A DNA stretch of 64,000 bases from assembly GCA_031082125.1 (NCBI GenBank), contig JAVHLM010000003.1, positions 288,842 to 352,841 on the forward strand. The letters are read 5' to 3'. Numbering within the stretch: position 1 is the first letter of the stretch; each line of letters starts with the position of its first letter. A program made the translations under genes and the position numbers. A model generated the notes under the pieces. That model was not told the DNA's origin. It saw only the letters and a program-made list of their open reading frames with translations, and did no database searches. This stretch comes from Vulcanimicrobiota bacterium. Lineage in GTDB: Bacteria; Vulcanimicrobiota; CADAWZ01; Ess09-12. This document shows, piece by piece, positions 38,531-46,807 of the stretch.

Positions 38531-38614
38531 AAGGCCATGAAGGGGCACACCGGCATCAGAGCGGTGTGCCCCTCATGAATTCCCATGAAGCCTTACAGGG
38601 CGGGAGGAATGTTC

Positions 38615-40009
38615 ATGAAGTGCGTGATCTTTACAGGGCCGACCCTCTCAAAGGAGGAAGCCCAGCCCTGGCTTGAAGCCATCTATCTGCCTCCCGCCAG
38701 GCAGGGAGACATAATAAGCGCCATATTCACCCACATGCCCGACATCATAGGCATCATCGACGGCGCGTCCTATCCGGACCTGGAAGTATGGCACCGGGAG
38801 CTGCTCTACGCGCTTGAGAACGGCATTGCCGTGTACGGCTCATCGTCAATCGGGGCGCTCCGGGCAGCGGAGCTGGATATCCATGGCATGCAGGGTGTGG
38901 GAAAGATATATGAGGGCCTCAAGGGCATTGAGGTGAGCGACGATGACGAGGTAATGTGCCACTATGAGTGCAGCGGCTCTCACCGGCGCATCTCCGAGCC
39001 CCTGGCGAACATCAGGGCGACTTTTGAGGCCCTCCACAGGGAGCGGCTGATTGACGGGAAGCTTGTGGCGACCCTTCCCGCCCTGGCGAAGTCGCTGCAT
39101 TACAGGAAGCGCACCTTTCAGGCGATCCTGGAAAAAGCCCGCAACGCCGGGGTGCTTTCCGAAAAGCAGGCCGAAGAGCTTCTCAATCATACGAGGTCCT
39201 GTTACGTGGATCTCCAGAAAGAAGACGCGATTGAACTTCTCAAGGCCGTCAAAAAGGCCATGGAGACCGGCGGCAGGGCACCGTACGGGAAGATTGTTGA
39301 CCGTTCCGACGATCTGATCTTCCACGTGGCGAAGTACAGGGACCGCACCATCTCACGTGACGGCGAAGGGGAAGGGCTCCCCCTGTTCTCGCTGGTGGAT
39401 TACATGGTCCTTACCCACCCTGAAGCCGACGAGCTTGCCGTGAGTGCAAAGAACCGTTTCCTGGCGGGAGTGCTTGCCGACATGCTTCACGTTGAGGCAT
39501 CTGACAGGGAGACAGGGGAGGAAGCCCTGACCTTCAGGACGCGCTATGGCCTCGAGGATCAGGAGCGATTCGGAGAGTGGCTTGCCGAAAACGATCTCGT
39601 CGAGGAAGAGTTCAGGCGGCTGATGGAACAGAACGCGAAGATGAAGGCGCTTCATGACTGGCTGAGGGACAAGCTCGGCCAGAGAAAGTTCACAAGGGTC
39701 ATCACCGATGAGCTCATGCTGACGGACCAGTATTCCCGGTGGGTCGGGAAAGCGCTCCTGGCCGAGAAGCTCTATCAGGAGCGCCGCGAGTACGGCGAAG
39801 AGCTCTTGAGCATCGAGGCTCCGGAGAAGCTGGTAAGGGACCACGTGGCGGGGGCTCCAAGGGAATGGCACAGGATCTTCAGGAAGGTCATGGAAGGGAT
39901 GGAGATCACCGATATCATGCTGAAACACCAGCTTGTCAAGGCCAGGATAGAGAGGGAGACGCTGGAAAAGGCGCTGCTGAGGCATCTCGAGCCGGCGGCC
40001 CACGAGTGA
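38615..40009 (+). CDS. TfuA-like protein (YcaO partner for thioamidation) with ~270-aa C-terminal extension
   Basis: MKCVIFTGPTLSKEEAQ...IYLPPARQGDIISA...IIGIIDGASYPDLEVWHRELLYALENGIAVYGSSSIGALRAAEL matches the TfuA domain. The start is taken at 38615 (GGAGG + 7 nt); an alternative ATG is at 38585. Confidence 0.8.
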   Translation: MKCVIFTGPTLSKEEAQPWLEAIYLPPARQGDIISAIFTHMPDIIGIIDGASYPDLEVWHRELLYALENGIAVYGSSSIGALRAAELDIHGMQGVGKIYEGLKGIEVSDDDEVMCHYECSGSHRRISEPLANIRATFEALHRERLIDGKLVATLPALAKSLHYRKRTFQAILEKARNAGVLSEKQAEELLNHTRSCYVDLQKEDAIELLKAVKKAMETGGRAPYGKIVDRSDDLIFHVAKYRDRTISRDGEGEGLPLFSLVDYMVLTHPEADELAVSAKNRFLAGVLADMLHVEASDRETGEEALTFRTRYGLEDQERFGEWLAENDLVEEEFRRLMEQNAKMKALHDWLRDKLGQRKFTRVITDELMLTDQYSRWVGKALLAEKLYQERREYGEELLSIEAPEKLVRDHVAGAPREWHRIFRKVMEGMEITDIMLKHQLVKARIERETLEKALLRHLEPAAHE

Positions 40010-40024
40010 TGAAAGGAGGCTTTT

Positions 40025-41899
40025 ATGACCCGCAAGCCCGTTGATGTGCTGCTTCTCAACCCGCCCCTCAGCCTGCCGATGCCCTATCTGAGCATCCCTG
40101 TCCTTGCCTCGTACCTCAGGTCGCAGGGAATCAGCGTTGCCGCGTACGACGTGAACGGCGAGTTCTATTACCGCTTCATCACAAGAGAAAACGTACGCAG
40201 AGGGATCTCCCACGCGGCGGAGAGGCTCCAGGTGCTCAACGGCAGGGAAGAGCTGCGCTTCACCGAGATGATTGAGTATATCTCCAGTTACTACTACCTC
40301 ACGGAAGTGGAGAAAAACCTCCCCAAGGTCACGGCCTATCTTTTCCCCTTCTCGGACTGGAAACTGCTCCAGCAGCTTGATATCGACAAGCTTTTGATGA
40401 CCCTCGCAACTCTCCCTTATTTCCCGGAGATCCTGGTCACAAAGCCCCAGTTCATGTACACAAGCCCTTACTATGAGTTCTCATCGAAAGAGATTATGGA
40501 GAGCACAGGCCATGAGAGCTTTTATTCCGCCGCGGTGAGGGAGATCATGGAAGATCTCCTCAGTGAGTATGACCCGAAACTCATCGGTATCTCGCTCGCC
40601 TTCAGCGTACAGGCCCTTCCCGCATTCCTGATGGCGCGGTTCATCAAGGAGATTAGGCCTGAGTGCCACCTCACCATAGGGGGGACCTTCGTCTCATCGT
40701 ACATGCGCAGCCTCAGGGACGACACGCTCTTCCGCCATGTGGACAGCTTCGTGCTTGACGAGGGGGAGTTCCCTCTTGTGCAGCTTTTGAGGGAGTACGC
40801 CGGGGGAAAGCCCGACCTCAGAAAGGTTCAGAACCTCATCTTTGCCGAGAAGGGAGAGGTGATCTATACCGGGCCTGCCGAGCCCTTTGACCTGGAGAAG
40901 TCCTCCGCGCCTGACTACGGGGTTTTCCCCCTTGAGAAGTACACGGTGCCCCGCGAGGACCTCATGATACTCTTCAGGATCGCGAGGGGCTGTCCCTGGC
41001 AGAAGTGCACCTTCTGCAGGACCGACATCCCCCAGTGCAGCAACTTCCAGCAGCCCTCACCGGAGCTGCTCTATGAACAGTTCCGGGAGGTAGTGAAACA
41101 GACGGGGGCGCGCCGCTATTACTTCACCTCCGACAGCGCCGATCCGCTGGTTCTGGAATATTTTGCAAGGAGAATCATTGACGACGGCTTGAAAATAGAC
41201 TGGTACTGCCACACCCGTGTTGACCTGAGGCTTACCAGGGAGCGCTGCGAGCTTTACGGGAAATCAGGGTGCACCGGCATCTATCTCGGTGTTGAGACCT
41301 TCAACGACAGGATACTGAAACTGATGAACAAGGGCATCACTTCTGAGTGTGCAGACCGGGTCCTCCGCCAGGTTGAAGGCGCCCTGGACCTCCGCCTCTA
41401 CATGATGGTGGGCTTCCCCGGCGAGACCAGAGAAGAGGCCCTTGAAGACTTCCGCAGAGTGCAGGAATATCTGAAGCTCGGCCTTATCAAGGACTACCAC
41501 TTCTCACCGGTGCAGATACTGCAGGGCTCCGCCATGTACCGGGACCTCGAAAAATACGGCATCACCAGCCTCATCACCACCGAGGGGGCCGATCTCGAGG
41601 GCGAGGTAAGCAACTTCACAAGCAGCGGGATGTCGCTGCAGCAGGTCATCGAATTTTTCCAGCAGTACGCTGCCGACCGCAGCAAGATCTTCCCGGAGTT
41701 CTTCTCCTCGGAGGGCCGGGAGCACCGGAGCCTCCGGATCAATGGCCGCGAGGTGGAGGCTGCCTTTGACATCGCTCAGATCGTGAGGACGGTGGACAGC
41801 CTCTGGGAGTTCGCGTACCTCACCAAGTCAAGATGGCTGGCCCTCGGCGAGAGCCGCATCGCCCCCCTGAAGCCCATGCTCACCGGGATGAGGCAGTGA
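40025..41899 (+). CDS. B12-binding-domain radical SAM protein, paralog 1 of 3
   Basis: N-terminal B12-binding Rossmann region (VDVLLLNPPLSLPMPYLSIPVLASYLRSQGISVAAYD). Cys cluster ARGCPWQKCTFCRTD has CX4CX2C spacing, checked against the DNA frame. About 620 aa. Confidence 0.8.
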   Translation: MTRKPVDVLLLNPPLSLPMPYLSIPVLASYLRSQGISVAAYDVNGEFYYRFITRENVRRGISHAAERLQVLNGREELRFTEMIEYISSYYYLTEVEKNLPKVTAYLFPFSDWKLLQQLDIDKLLMTLATLPYFPEILVTKPQFMYTSPYYEFSSKEIMESTGHESFYSAAVREIMEDLLSEYDPKLIGISLAFSVQALPAFLMARFIKEIRPECHLTIGGTFVSSYMRSLRDDTLFRHVDSFVLDEGEFPLVQLLREYAGGKPDLRKVQNLIFAEKGEVIYTGPAEPFDLEKSSAPDYGVFPLEKYTVPREDLMILFRIARGCPWQKCTFCRTDIPQCSNFQQPSPELLYEQFREVVKQTGARRYYFTSDSADPLVLEYFARRIIDDGLKIDWYCHTRVDLRLTRERCELYGKSGCTGIYLGVETFNDRILKLMNKGITSECADRVLRQVEGALDLRLYMMVGFPGETREEALEDFRRVQEYLKLGLIKDYHFSPVQILQGSAMYRDLEKYGITSLITTEGADLEGEVSNFTSSGMSLQQVIEFFQQYAADRSKIFPEFFSSEGREHRSLRINGREVEAAFDIAQIVRTVDSLWEFAYLTKSRWLALGESRIAPLKPMLTGMRQ

Positions 41900-43794
41900 T
41901 GAAGAAAGAAGCAGAGGTGCTCCTCATCAATCCCCCCTTCGCAGAGCCGCGGCCCTATATCAGCATCCCCACGCTTGTTTCATATCTTGAGTCCCGGGGC
42001 ATCCGCACCGCGGCATATGATCTCAACTGCGAGTTTTTCTACCGCTTTCTCACAAGGGAGAGGATCCGCAGGGGCATAGAATATGTTTCGGAGAGGTTCC
42101 TCGAGCTTAACGGCAGAGATGAGCTCGCCTTCAGGGAGATGCTTGAATACACGGTATGCTGCGATTTGCTCAGGGACATGGAGGAGCACCTGGGGAAGCT
42201 CACCCTGGCGCTCCTGCCTTTTTCAGATTTCCAGATACTCAGGAGCCTGGAGCTTGAGAGCCTGCTCAGCGGCCTCACGACAGCCCCCTATTTTCCCGAG
42301 CTCCTGATCTCGAAGCCCCAGTTCACTTATGCAAGCCCCTATTTCGAGTACTCCACGGCCGACATCGCGGAGAGCACGGGCCATGAGAGCTTTTATTCCG
42401 CCCTCTTAAGAGAGATAATCGCTGAAATACTCGACGAGTATGAGCCCAGGGTGGCGGGCATCTCAATAGTGCTCACAGAGCAGGTGGTGCCTGCTTTCCT
42501 TGCGGCACGCATCATCAAGGAGTTGAAGCCTGACCTTCATGTAACGGTCGGCGGGCCCTTTGTCTCCACTTATCTGAAGGATCTCAAGAACACGGTGCTC
42601 TTTGATTACGTGGACAGCCTGGTCTTTGACGAGGGTGAGCTCCCCCTCGAGCAGCTCGCCAGGGAGCTCGCGGGCACGAAGCCCGACCTCGGGAGAGTGC
42701 AGAACCTCGCATATCTGAAAAACGGGAGCCTTGTATCCACTCCCCCGGCAGAAACACTTCCTGCCGAGGCATCGCCTCCTCCCGACTACAGGGCCCTTCC
42801 CCTGGACAGGTATCTTGTCTCAGAAAGAAACGCCGAGATGCTCTTCAGGCTCTCGAAGGGATGCTCGTGGCACCGCTGCACCTTCTGCAGGACCGACATC
42901 GCGATGTGCCGGGAATACCGGCAGGCCCCTCATTCCTTCGTCTATGAGAGCCTGCTCGAGGTCATCAGGGACACGGGGTGCGGCAGGTTCCGCTTTACCA
43001 GCGAAGATTCTGACCCGCTGCTCCTTGAGCATATCTCGAAGAGGCTCCTGGAAGACGGCATATCCATAAAGTGGCGATGCCACGCACGCGTTGACGCGCG
43101 GTTCACCAGGGAGCGCGGCGAGCTCTACCGCAAGGCGGGGTGCACGAGCCTTTACCTCGGCGTGGAATCTTTCAGCGACAGGATCCTGCGCATGATGAAC
43201 AAGGGGATTACCTGCGGGCTCATTGACAGGGTCCTCACAGAGCTCGGCGGCGGCGTTCCCGTGCGCCTCTATATGATGGTGGGATTTCCGGGGGAGACTG
43301 AAGAAGAGGCGCTCGCCGGGTACGGGAAGGTGCGCTCCCTTCTTGAGCAAGGCCTTATCGGCGACTATAAGTACTCTATCTTCGAGATGCAGTCAGGATC
43401 AGAAGTGGGGGAGCACCCGGAGCGTTTCGGCCTCAGTGATCTTAGCCGTTACCCGCGCTCGGACCTGCCCTCTGAGATACTGGAGTTCGAAAGCAGAGGG
43501 ATGCCCAGGGAACGGGCTCTCATGCTGGCCGCAGAGTTCGAGAAAAACAGGAGAGAGTGGGATCCCCAGCTGGACAGGGTCTGTGAGCGCTATGAAGAGA
43601 CGGTTGAGCACGTCACTGTGAAGGGAGACCCCGTGGAGGTGAGGTTCAACGTCAAGGAGATACTGGAGAGAATGGCCCATTCCACGGGGCTCTATTTCCT
43701 CCCCCGGATCGGGGAATGGATACGGTACGGGGAACAGCATATCACCCCTGTCAGGGCTGCCCGCCGGGCGTCGCAGCCGCTCAGCACTGTATGA
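41899..43794 (+). CDS. B12-binding-domain radical SAM protein, paralog 2 of 3
   Basis: ATGA overlap with paralog 1. SKGCSWHRCTFCRTD. Collinear similarity to paralog 1 throughout (for example SPYYEFS/SPYFEYS, ESTGHESFYSA in both, YMMVGFPGET in both). Confidence 0.8.
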   Translation: MKKEAEVLLINPPFAEPRPYISIPTLVSYLESRGIRTAAYDLNCEFFYRFLTRERIRRGIEYVSERFLELNGRDELAFREMLEYTVCCDLLRDMEEHLGKLTLALLPFSDFQILRSLELESLLSGLTTAPYFPELLISKPQFTYASPYFEYSTADIAESTGHESFYSALLREIIAEILDEYEPRVAGISIVLTEQVVPAFLAARIIKELKPDLHVTVGGPFVSTYLKDLKNTVLFDYVDSLVFDEGELPLEQLARELAGTKPDLGRVQNLAYLKNGSLVSTPPAETLPAEASPPPDYRALPLDRYLVSERNAEMLFRLSKGCSWHRCTFCRTDIAMCREYRQAPHSFVYESLLEVIRDTGCGRFRFTSEDSDPLLLEHISKRLLEDGISIKWRCHARVDARFTRERGELYRKAGCTSLYLGVESFSDRILRMMNKGITCGLIDRVLTELGGGVPVRLYMMVGFPGETEEEALAGYGKVRSLLEQGLIGDYKYSIFEMQSGSEVGEHPERFGLSDLSRYPRSDLPSEILEFESRGMPRERALMLAAEFEKNRREWDPQLDRVCERYEETVEHVTVKGDPVEVRFNVKEILERMAHSTGLYFLPRIGEWIRYGEQHITPVRAARRASQPLSTV

Positions 43795-45629
43795 AAAAAC
43801 CTGTTGACGTGCTTCTCATCAATCCTCCCTTCTCAAGGCCCGATGAGCCTGTGATAGGCATCGCCACCCTCGCGGCATATCTCAAGACGAGGCAGATCAC
43901 TGTCGAGGCGAAAGATGCAAGCCTCGAGCTCTTTCGCAGAACAGTAACGAATGACTGCATCAATGAAGAGAGAGCCTATGCCGGAGAGAGGTTCACGGAG
44001 CTCAACGGCAGAAGCGTTCTCGACTTCTGCGGGATCTATGAGTACGTGAGGCTCTTTTCCCTGCTTCTGCGCCTGCAGGGGCTTCAGGGCATCTTTGATG
44101 ATGCCGGGGGGGATCTCTGGGAAAAGCTCAGGCATGCAAGCGACACGGTGAGGTCCTCGTTTCTCGAGCTTGCCACGGCATCGTTCTTTCCCCGCTTCAT
44201 ACTCTATGGAGGCCCGCCGACCTTCAGCTGCCACTCTCCTTACCACCACTTCTCCAAAGCCGACATACTCGCTTCCCTTGACGATCCCGCCTGGTACTCC
44301 GAGGCGCTCGAGAATACTATTGCACTGTACTTTGAGGAGATGAGCCCGCGGATCGCCGCAATCTCGGTGTCATACTTTAACCAGATTATTCCGGCCTTTC
44401 AGTGCGCCCGCATCATAAGAAGGATTGCGCCGGGTGTCCATATCAGCATGGGAGGATCGGCGGTCCAGATATTTTTTCGGAAGGTGAGGGATACCGGGCT
44501 CTTCGCCATTGTTGACACCATTGCCACCGGAGACGGCGAGGCGACGCTCGAGGCGCTCTCACGAGAGCTTCAGAGGAAGTCAGCCTCACTGGAGGCGGTG
44601 CCAGGAATCATCTACCTGTCAGGCACGATGGTGAAAAAAAATGACCCGGCGCCGCCCCTTCCTGTTGAAGGCCTCTCCCTCCCCGATTACAGGGCCTTCC
44701 CCCCGGAAGACTTCATGGCCGGCCCCGAGGCAATGCGCTTGCCCCTGAGGCTCTCGAAGGGGTGCTCCTGGGGCAGGTGCTCCTTCTGCCGGACCGAGCT
44801 TTCCATGATAAAAGCGTACCAGGCGCCGACGGCGGGGCGCCTCTTCCCGATGGTCACCGATTTCATCATTGCCACGGGGTGCCGGAAGATCCACTTTGCC
44901 GACGAGTCAATTGATCCCGAAGCCCTGGAGGAGATCTCGAAAGAGCTCATCGGCAGGGAACTCACCCTTGACTGGAACTTTCAGACGAGAATCAACAGAA
45001 AGATCACTGAGAGGCGCTGCAGGCTCTTCAGGGAGGCGGGATGCTCGGCCATCTCCTTCGGTGCAGAATCCTTCAGCGACAGGGTCCTTGGCCTGATGAG
45101 CAAGGGCATCACGGCAGAGCTCATAGAAAAGGTGCTCTATGAGGCCGGGAGCGTTCTGCCTGTCACCATCTTCATGATGGTGGGCTTCCCCGGCGAGACC
45201 GAAGAGGAAGCGAGGGAGAGCTTCAGGAAAGTCCGGGAGCTTGCCCGGGCAGGAGTGATCCGCGATTATATCTACTCCCCCTTCATTATCCACTCAGGCT
45301 CTGCAATGATGGCGGAGCCGGGGCGCTACGGCATCACCGAGCTGCACCACGGTCCTGGAGAAGACCTTTCACCTGATATCATCGATTATCAGTGCACCGG
45401 CATGGCAAGGGAAAAAGCCAGGGAGCTCTTCATCGAGTTTTCCCGGAGCCAGGCAGGCCGCCGGCCCTGGCCGCCGGAGGTCAGGATAGGAAAAAATACC
45501 GTTCCGCGGAGGTTTGACGTGGAAGAAATGATGGGGATCATTGCCCGGGAGACCTCCATGCGCCCTGCGATGCCCCTCTACCGCCTGATCATCACGGCAG
45601 AAGCGTCGCTTGCTCCTGAATCCATATGA
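43791..45629 (+). CDS. B12-binding-domain radical SAM protein, paralog 3 of 3
   Basis: ATGA overlap with paralog 2. SKGCSWGRCSFCRTE. The family block FMMVGFPGETEEEA is shared. Confidence 0.8.
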   Translation: MKKPVDVLLINPPFSRPDEPVIGIATLAAYLKTRQITVEAKDASLELFRRTVTNDCINEERAYAGERFTELNGRSVLDFCGIYEYVRLFSLLLRLQGLQGIFDDAGGDLWEKLRHASDTVRSSFLELATASFFPRFILYGGPPTFSCHSPYHHFSKADILASLDDPAWYSEALENTIALYFEEMSPRIAAISVSYFNQIIPAFQCARIIRRIAPGVHISMGGSAVQIFFRKVRDTGLFAIVDTIATGDGEATLEALSRELQRKSASLEAVPGIIYLSGTMVKKNDPAPPLPVEGLSLPDYRAFPPEDFMAGPEAMRLPLRLSKGCSWGRCSFCRTELSMIKAYQAPTAGRLFPMVTDFIIATGCRKIHFADESIDPEALEEISKELIGRELTLDWNFQTRINRKITERRCRLFREAGCSAISFGAESFSDRVLGLMSKGITAELIEKVLYEAGSVLPVTIFMMVGFPGETEEEARESFRKVRELARAGVIRDYIYSPFIIHSGSAMMAEPGRYGITELHHGPGEDLSPDIIDYQCTGMAREKARELFIEFSRSQAGRRPWPPEVRIGKNTVPRRFDVEEMMGIIARETSMRPAMPLYRLIITAEASLAPESI

Positions 45630-45645
45630 CAGGGAGGAGAAAAAC

Positions 45646-46746
45646 GTGTTCACAGAAAAGAGCCGCCTTTCCCTCAAGAGAACCATATACTCGGTGATGC
45701 TTGACGGCAAAGATCTCGTGCTTCTTTGCACCCCCTGCGAGCCCGTGGTGCTGAAGGAGCTCTCACCTTTCAGAAGGGAACTCCTCATTCTGCTTGACGG
45801 GAGGCGCACCGCGGGAGAGATCATGCAGGAGCTGAACGCGCGGGGCCATCGGTGCATTTTCAGCAAGGTGAGGGAAGAGCTTGATCGGCTCGATGAGTGG
45901 CTCCTTCTGGAAGAGGAGGGTGATGCTCCTTTGCCGGAGGATACAGAGCATGCGGGGCGTAACGACCGCACGCGCCTGTGGTTCGCCGCCAGGAGGACCT
46001 CAGGTGCCTCCTTTGCCCGCCAGGCAGAGAGAGATCTCCAGTCGGCCCATATCGTCCTCTTCGGCCTGGGAGGGCTGGGCTCGCAGCTCTTCACCCAGCT
46101 CCTGCTGACAGGCATCGGTGAGATCACCGCCGTTGACTGCGAGAAGGTGGAGGAGAGCAACCTGAACAGGCAGAGCCTCTTCTACGAGAGCAACGTGGGC
46201 CGCCTGAAGACGGAGGCTGCGGCGGAGCGGGCCCGGCTGATGAACAGCTCAGCATCCATTCATTTTGTGGATAAGAGAATCGCCTCGGCTGGAGACTTCG
46301 CCTCACTGATGGCCCCTGCGAGCCTGGCGCTCCTCGCCGCCGATACTCCCCGCGACATGATATTCGACTGGATGAACGAGGCCAGTTACACGACAGGCGT
46401 GCCGGTGCTCTACAGCAACGGTGTCCTCCAGTCCTCCATGGGGATCGGCCCGCTGGTGATCCCTGGCAGGACGGCGTGCTATCAGTGCTCGATGCCCGAA
46501 GGCGCCCGTTTTGAAGACCCCCTCGTGGAGCAGATCAACAGGCGGCACTGCCACGGGGTGATACTCCCTCCTCTTGCCATGTGCGCGGGTCTTATGGTGC
46601 TTGAGCTCGTGAGGCATCTCACTGGATGCGAACCCTGCCGGATTTATGACCGCAGGCTTCACATGGACTTCAGAAATTACCGGATGTGGTTCCAGGATAT
46701 AGAAAAGCGCCGGAGCTGCCCTTTCTGCGAACAGAGAGCGCCATGA
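45646..46746 (+). CDS. E1-like (ThiF/MoeB/HesA-family) protein with N-terminal PqqD-like RRE domain
   Basis: GGGAGGAG + 6 nt + GTG start. The N-terminal ~90 aa (YSVMLDGKDLVLL...ELLILLDGRRTAGEIMQELNARG) resemble RiPP recognition elements. E1 Rossmann motif IVLFGLGGLGSQLF...ITAVDCEKVEESNLNRQ. Paired CxxC zinc motifs (CYQC...CPFC). Confidence 0.75.
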   Translation: MFTEKSRLSLKRTIYSVMLDGKDLVLLCTPCEPVVLKELSPFRRELLILLDGRRTAGEIMQELNARGHRCIFSKVREELDRLDEWLLLEEEGDAPLPEDTEHAGRNDRTRLWFAARRTSGASFARQAERDLQSAHIVLFGLGGLGSQLFTQLLLTGIGEITAVDCEKVEESNLNRQSLFYESNVGRLKTEAAAERARLMNSSASIHFVDKRIASAGDFASLMAPASLALLAADTPRDMIFDWMNEASYTTGVPVLYSNGVLQSSMGIGPLVIPGRTACYQCSMPEGARFEDPLVEQINRRHCHGVILPPLAMCAGLMVLELVRHLTGCEPCRIYDRRLHMDFRNYRMWFQDIEKRRSCPFCEQRAP

Positions 46747-46807
46747 CAGGCTGCAGGCTCCCCGCCGGTGAATTGGCGCCCGGCAGGCTTCCTGAGGTGT
46801 GCCTTGG

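Noticed and set aside
39353-40213. 286-aa minus-strand ORF spanning the TfuA / radical SAM paralog 1 junction
   Set aside because: It is antisense to two well-supported genes, with no start context.
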